NCBI GenBank assembly: GCA_049521795.1
Contig: JBEKOM010000001.1
Location: forward strand, 160,001 to 224,000
DNA: 64,000 nt
Direction: 5' to 3'
Source: Candidatus Bathyarchaeia archaeon
Lineage (GTDB): Archaea > Thermoproteota > Bathyarchaeia > Bathyarchaeales > Bathycorpusculaceae
Both the position numbers and the translations under genes were made by a program. The notes under the pieces were generated by a model. That model saw only the letters and a program-made list of their open reading frames with translations, ran no database searches and was not told where the DNA came from. The stretch's first letter is position 1, and each line of letters begins with the position of its first letter. Shown piece after piece: positions 59,024 to 64,000 of this stretch.

Positions 59024-59974
59024 TTGCTGGCAATGCCTGAAATAGAGAACACCGATGGTTCCTTGAAAACATCTGACGAAATGGACCAAAGCGGAGTTTC
59101 GGAAAGCGTGGGCAGCAACGGCAAACGCGGGCCTAGGGGAAAGAAGTTTTACGTTCTCGGGCTCGTCATAGTGTTCGTGGCGGTGTACTCTCAATATCTG
59201 TTTCAATACTGGGGGGTTCATCTCGGCCTGATTTCCGGGTCTCTACTTGTTTATGGAGTCCCAGTACTGGCTATTACCTTGCTTTTGGGAACAGCGACAA
59301 TCAGGAGATTCTTCAAGAACACTTATTCCGGGTTAAAGCTCGGTTTAGGATTATTCGGGGCTTTCACAGTCTTAGGAATAGTTTTGGCTGCGGTGATTCT
59401 TATTTTCTTGGCTGCGCTTGACCCTTCCACCATAAAACTGCTGGATAACCCTAATCCTGTGCTGCAAGTTTCTCCTGATTTTGCTTGGATCATGGTGGGC
59501 GTCTCCTTTCTGGTGACGGGGCCAGCTGAAGAGTACATCTTCAGAGGTTTTATGTTCGGGGGATTACTTGGCATCTTCAAAAATCGCCACTGGTTGATCC
59601 TCGCCTTCGTTTCCTCTCTTCTGTTCAGTGCCACGCATCTCTACTATGCTTTCGCGTATGGACCAGCCTCGTTGGTTCAATTCGCCGATCTAGTTACTTT
59701 CGGGATGGCTATGGCTGGAACTTACTATTTCTCAGGCGGCAATCTGTTTGCCCCAGCGCTGATCCACGGCGCCTTTGATGCGACGGCATTCGTCGGAGTA
59801 GCGACTTCTACAATTGTCGGCACAGGCCTCAGAGCATTCATGATACTGCTAGGAATAACAGTTGCATTCTTGCTGTACATTCAGAGAGGAAGCAGAAGAA
59901 ATCAAATTCCAAGCAACCTGCCTCAGGAAAACACACGCGCGACGGGGTTCCTCGGCGGAGCAGACCAGATTTAG
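59024..59974 (+). CDS. CPBP (Abi/CAAX) intramembrane metalloprotease
   Basis: GPAEEYIFRG, LFSATH, LIHGAFD motifs; multiple TM segments. Confidence 0.9.
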   Translation: MLAMPEIENTDGSLKTSDEMDQSGVSESVGSNGKRGPRGKKFYVLGLVIVFVAVYSQYLFQYWGVHLGLISGSLLVYGVPVLAITLLLGTATIRRFFKNTYSGLKLGLGLFGAFTVLGIVLAAVILIFLAALDPSTIKLLDNPNPVLQVSPDFAWIMVGVSFLVTGPAEEYIFRGFMFGGLLGIFKNRHWLILAFVSSLLFSATHLYYAFAYGPASLVQFADLVTFGMAMAGTYYFSGGNLFAPALIHGAFDATAFVGVATSTIVGTGLRAFMILLGITVAFLLYIQRGSRRNQIPSNLPQENTRATGFLGGADQI

Positions 59975-60083
59975 AAATGCACCGGCTCACGACGTTTCCC
60001 GTAGGCTCCCTCTTCTTTTTCAGCCGCATTTAATGGCAAAGGTCATTAAAGCATATTAGCGTCCTCTGGTAATAGGCCACTTC

Positions 60084-60887
60084 ATGAACTACACAGAAAG
60101 ACAGGAGATAATCGCTCGGTCGCCTATTTCTTTTGCCTATCTGAAGCGGTTCAATGCTGCTGCAGGTGTTTTGCACCTGATTCAAGGAATCTTAATGTTG
60201 AGTTTGGGCTTCGTATTGAATTGGCCCATAAGCGTGTACACGTTCTACCTGAAAGCCGGCAGTTTACCGTGGATGCCTAACCCTCAGATCATCTTCACGT
60301 TCAACAATCTAGGAGTCATACTAGCGACTTTCCCTCTGATTTCTGCGATAGCGCATTTTACAATTGCTTATCCGAAGAACAAAAGCTACGATGAGAATCT
60401 GAAGAAGGGCATGAACCCTTATCGCTGGTACGAGTATGCCTTCTCAAGCTCCATAATGATAGCGCTGATAGCAACCTTTGTCGGCATCTGGGATTTCTGG
60501 TCCCTCTCAATGATTTTTGTGTTGAACGCGATGATGATAATGTTCGGATACCTGATGGAACTGGTGAATCAGAAGACAGAGAAGACGAACTGGTCCGCAT
60601 TCAGCCTTGGCTGCATCTCTGGCGGCCTCCCATGGGTCGTGATTTTCGCCTACTTCGTAGCCGCCGTCAACTCCTCAACCGCTGGTCCGCCTACGTTCGT
60701 GTACTTCATACTCTTCACTTACTTCGCTCTCTTCATGGTCTTCGCAGTCAACATGGTTCTGCAGTACAGGGGCGTCGGACGCTGGAAAGACTATCTTTAC
60801 GGCGAAAGAGCCTACATAATCCTCAGTTTCGTAGCGAAAACACTCCTAGCCTGGCTAGTGTTCGCCGGAGTATTCATGCCACATTAA
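60084..60887 (+). CDS. Heliorhodopsin
   Basis: LKRFN...LHLIQG, AIAHF, NPYRWYEYAFSSSIM, MIMFGYLME, FAVNMVLQY..GRWKDYLYGERAYIILSFVAKTLLAW (SxxxK retinal lysine). Confidence 0.95.
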   Translation: MNYTERQEIIARSPISFAYLKRFNAAAGVLHLIQGILMLSLGFVLNWPISVYTFYLKAGSLPWMPNPQIIFTFNNLGVILATFPLISAIAHFTIAYPKNKSYDENLKKGMNPYRWYEYAFSSSIMIALIATFVGIWDFWSLSMIFVLNAMMIMFGYLMELVNQKTEKTNWSAFSLGCISGGLPWVVIFAYFVAAVNSSTAGPPTFVYFILFTYFALFMVFAVNMVLQYRGVGRWKDYLYGERAYIILSFVAKTLLAWLVFAGVFMPH

Positions 60888-60963
60888 ACATTCAAGAACA
60901 AATCGCTCTTAGGATGCACCAAGTAATCTGGAGGCAGCTGCAAAAACCCAAAAACATTTCTTG

Positions 60964-61644
60964 TCAGAGCATTCGCATTAGTTCCGCAGTCGACTTGACC
61001 TTCAAGAACACGTCTTTTGCTAGCTTTACTACTGCATCATGATTTTCTTTGGTGGTTCCAGTGCATGCGTCCTCAATTAAGAGAACGTCGTACCCTATGT
61101 CTCCGCCGCAGATTGCGGTTGCGAGAACGCATTGATCAGTTAGGAACCCCGTTACGATGATACTGTCAATATCCATGTTCCTCAGAACGAAGTCCAGATT
61201 GGTCCCCGTAAACGCTCCCCCATTTGTCTTTGGGAAAATCAACTCTCCTTTCGCTGGTTTCACTTCATCCAAGAACCTGCCTTTTTCCGCGTCCATAGGC
61301 ACAATGAAGTCAGCTTTTCTGTTTATCTTGGCTGTATGCCTGGGGTTGCTTGTCTGTGCCCCTAGCTTAATGTGCACTATGTCGTAGCCTTTCTTCCTGC
61401 AGACTTGCAGTATTCTACGGGCGTTTTTCACTGCTTTCTTGACCCTTTCATCATATTCTCGCAGAGCTTCTCTCACTTCTCTTTCAGGCAGCCCTGCCCC
61501 CAGTGCTTCTTGTAGCAATGGTTTTGAGCTAACGAGGTTTTGAATGTCAATCAGAAGTAACGCAGTCTTTCCAGGCTTTATTTCGAAGTCAGGAAGCGGC
61601 TTCGCCAAGGCTTTAAAGACATCGTCCATACTTAATTTTCCCAT
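60964..61644 (-). CDS. Isochorismatase-family cysteine hydrolase
   Basis: TALLLIDIQN, FPKTNGGAFTGT.LD..LR, GFLTDQCVLATA (Asp-Lys-Cys triad). Confidence 0.9.
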   Translation of the reverse strand: MGKLSMDDVFKALAKPLPDFEIKPGKTALLLIDIQNLVSSKPLLQEALGAGLPEREVREALREYDERVKKAVKNARRILQVCRKKGYDIVHIKLGAQTSNPRHTAKINRKADFIVPMDAEKGRFLDEVKPAKGELIFPKTNGGAFTGTNLDFVLRNMDIDSIIVTGFLTDQCVLATAICGGDIGYDVLLIEDACTGTTKENHDAVVKLAKDVFLKVKSTAELMRML

Positions 61645-61777
61645 TGGACAACCTCACAACCATTTTTGGCTCTACGACTAAGAGATAATTGCAATTACGC
61701 GCAGCGCATATTTATAATTTGAAGACTTGCACATGCCTCGAAGTTCTATTCGTGTTCAGAGTCGGTTGTGATTATCT

Positions 61778-62338
61778 TCACCGACTCTCTGGCATTGACT
61801 CCTTCAGGAAGTTTGTTATGATTTCTGGGTTAAGGACTTCAGGATGGAACAGACATCCGTAGAATCTTCTATGTTTGTGCTTGACTATGCACTTCAAGTT
61901 GCCAGATTCGCCGAGTGTCTCAAAGCCTTCGCTCGGTTCCACCGCCTTAGAATTCAAGAAATAGGAATAGAATTCATCCTTGGACGCCACACCACTTTTT
62001 CTGATAATCTTCACCTTGTATCTGCCGATTTTCGTTCTTTCAATGATGTGGCCATTGAAGAGTTTCGCAAGGATCTGCATTCCCGCGCAAATGCCAAGGA
62101 TCGGTTTCCGCGATTCATTTATCCACGTGAATTTTCTTGTGCTATCCAGATATTTGAAATCCTTCAAGGCTGTTCCGCATATGATCACTTTTTCTGCTCG
62201 GCTGATGTCACGGTGATTCAGACTCAGGAAGTGCCTTGTGAAGAATTCTGCTCCAACTTTTTCTAGAATGTCTTCGACAGGTTTGACAAACTCCAGATAG
62301 CTGAGCTTGTCTGAACACACGTTTACTATCAGAATCAT
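61778..62338 (-). CDS. Stand-alone class I glutamine amidotransferase
   Basis: KPILGICAGMQ (Cys) and LFHPE (His-Glu); ATGA overlap with the dph6-like gene. Confidence 0.85.
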   Translation of the reverse strand: MILIVNVCSDKLSYLEFVKPVEDILEKVGAEFFTRHFLSLNHRDISRAEKVIICGTALKDFKYLDSTRKFTWINESRKPILGICAGMQILAKLFNGHIIERTKIGRYKVKIIRKSGVASKDEFYSYFLNSKAVEPSEGFETLGESGNLKCIVKHKHRRFYGCLFHPEVLNPEIITNFLKESMPESR

Positions 62339-63015
62339 TTGTCGATTAACCTCAGACTTTTTATCCTGAACATGCCGGAGTAATTCTTGTAAGAGACCTC
62401 ATAGTCTAGGATTTCTAGCCTTTTCTTGAAAAAAGGGGCGTCTGTCACGGTTGTTTCTATTTCCCCACCTTCTCCAGCGGGGCTTAAACCATACTCTTCC
62501 TTCAACCTTGCTAGCTTCTGAATCAGTTCGTCATCCAAGCTTTTTCCCAAGAATTCTCTGTCCAAGGGAAAAGCGAACACGCCAGATATGATAACTTCAT
62601 ATTTACTTTTGACAACTTCGTTCAGAAGCTCTATTTCATCCTTTAGCCATAAGGGGTTGAAGCACCACAAACCGAGCTGTTTACAGATTCTTTGTACGCG
62701 TGTTGACTGATAGATTGATCTTACTGCGCCTGTCACTATTCCTTCCAAGTCGAAGTCGGCCTTGGCCGCACAGATAGCTCTTTTCAGGTCTTCGAGTTCC
62801 TTCTCTTTCTTGCCTTCCGTTCTTCTCTGAACCAGCGGCAACCCGATAGCTTCAGCCTGTTTACCAGTCAATTCTATGTTGGGAACATGAAACATGTAGC
62901 TCTCCTCACTTTCAGAGATCAAGCTTATCAGACAAACCACATCATGAAAACTCTGAGATTTGCACAACGCCAAACACGAGTCTTTTCCGCCTGAGAAAAG
63001 CACTCCGACTCTCAT
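62335..63015 (-). CDS. dph6: Diphthine--ammonia ligase (Dph6 / PP-loop ATP pyrophosphatase)
   Basis: LFSGGKDS, SYMFHVPN, GAVRSIYQ, PLW, AGEGGEIETTV.DAPFF. Confidence 0.88.
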   Translation of the reverse strand: MRVGVLFSGGKDSCLALCKSQSFHDVVCLISLISESEESYMFHVPNIELTGKQAEAIGLPLVQRRTEGKKEKELEDLKRAICAAKADFDLEGIVTGAVRSIYQSTRVQRICKQLGLWCFNPLWLKDEIELLNEVVKSKYEVIISGVFAFPLDREFLGKSLDDELIQKLARLKEEYGLSPAGEGGEIETTVTDAPFFKKRLEILDYEVSYKNYSGMFRIKSLRLIDK

Positions 63016-63388
63016 GACAGGTGACTGAAACGCCTTGTTTTATAAAGGCATCCTCCTCGTCAAGACTCAACGCGATCTTCAGGGTCTTCTTCAGGAAGTC
63101 AGCTGAGTTTGGCGCGCGCAATCAGGGTGCACGCGCGCTTGTTCTTAGATTCTGCTGAAAAGAGAGCATTGCGTTTTCTCATGGTCGATGGTTACTGTCA
63201 CGGTTCGAGCGGTGTTCTCTTGCTCTCACACCCTCCCCCCGGTATCCTATATGACCCAAATATGACCGAAGAGCAAAATGGGCAGCACAAGCTACTTTCA
63301 AAGAGAATTTAGGAACACGCTAGAACGCTTCTTCTTCGTTCTAAGCGCTTTCGACTACGGTTCATGTCAGAATTGATTGCAGGATTTC

Positions 63389-63652
63389 TCAAAGGGAGAT
63401 TTTTCGTCCTCGACAAGCGCGGGCGACGATGGAGCTTACAGTGCTCTTAACACCTTTGATCTTCATAACCCTGTTCTTGAGAATGTCCCTGAACTCCTCA
63501 ATGTCAGACGCTGAAAACAGAGTCACAATATCAAACTCGCCCGTTACCTCGTACAACTCCTCGAGATTGTCAAGTTTTGACAGTGCCGCTACTACGTTGT
63601 CCATTTCTGGTGACTCCACGAAGATGTCGACGAACGCTAGTAGGCGGGACAT
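63389..63652 (-). CDS. Stand-alone Lrp/AsnC ligand-binding (RAM) domain
   Basis: LAFVDIFV...LYEVTGEFDIV...IKGVKSTVSSIV. Confidence 0.88.
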   Translation of the reverse strand: MSRLLAFVDIFVESPEMDNVVAALSKLDNLEELYEVTGEFDIVTLFSASDIEEFRDILKNRVMKIKGVKSTVSSIVARACRGRKISL

Positions 63653-63806
63653 GTATGATCATCTTTCTCACAGGGACACGGGCCGTGTCCCTTTAAACCT
63701 TTCGGTAAACAGGACTGGTGGGACGCTGATTGCAGGCGGAGATGAAATTTGCGTCTGTTGGAAAAGGATGTTGCCGAAGGCTCTGTGGCTTCAATGGGAT
63801 TCTGGT

Positions 63807-64000
63807 TCAGTGGAAGTCCTTGTAGCAAGAAGCATTTGTATTTATCAGCGCTAGATTGACTCGTAGCACGTTCACGTAGGGGCTGCCAAAAACCCACAGT
63901 GTGCCTTCTTGATTCTGATTCACTATATTTCTTAACAAATCGGCAGGAATTCCAGTTGCATCGCTTATGCCAGGTATCTGGGAATATGCTTCCTGAAGCG
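63807..64000 (-). CDS. kdpC: K+-transporting ATPase subunit C, 3' end only
   Basis: Manual translation LQEAYSQIPGISDATGIPADLLRNIVNQNQEGTLWVFGSPYVNVLRVNLAL...*, matching the KdpC C-terminal A..QI.R.....FG.P.VNVL.LNLAL pattern. Confidence 0.8.
   Translation of the reverse strand, partial: LQEAYSQIPGISDATGIPADLLRNIVNQNQEGTLWVFGSPYVNVLRVNLALINTNASCYKDFH

Noticed and set aside
63016-63388. ORF 63109-63312 or a structured RNA in the gap upstream of dph6
   Set aside because: No recognisable protein motif or RNA family signature.

Overview
A gene-dense archaeal chromosomal segment. Gene content and style fit a TACK archaeon, most likely Bathyarchaeia (inference from rpl7ae/rps28e/rpl24e, gar1-tfb, alba, a Cren7-like protein, an Ftr homologue, DUF5752 and a NosD-type surface protein). 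Housekeeping part (1-13 kb): ribosomal proteins, TFB, sucCD, alba, aspS and an initiator tRNA-Met with two BHB introns. Purine cluster (12.9-26.9 kb): purF, purD, purM, purS, purL, purQ. Accessory part (27-64 kb): Mg and heavy-metal P-type ATPases, TldD/E, glycolysis/glycogen genes, a protease-rich block, a heliorhodopsin, a Dph6-GATase pair and the 3' end of kdpC. The best candidate for an undescribed system is a HAD phosphatase / Ftr-like formyltransferase / PfkB kinase trio (EhaR/EhaS/EhaT-like). It is translationally coupled directly behind purF-purD, where the otherwise absent step-3 GAR transformylase (PurN/PurT) is expected, which suggests a methanopterin-dependent route from GAR to FGAR. 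No CRISPR array, rRNA, integrase or transposase was seen. All family assignments come from motif recognition by eye, not from database searches.
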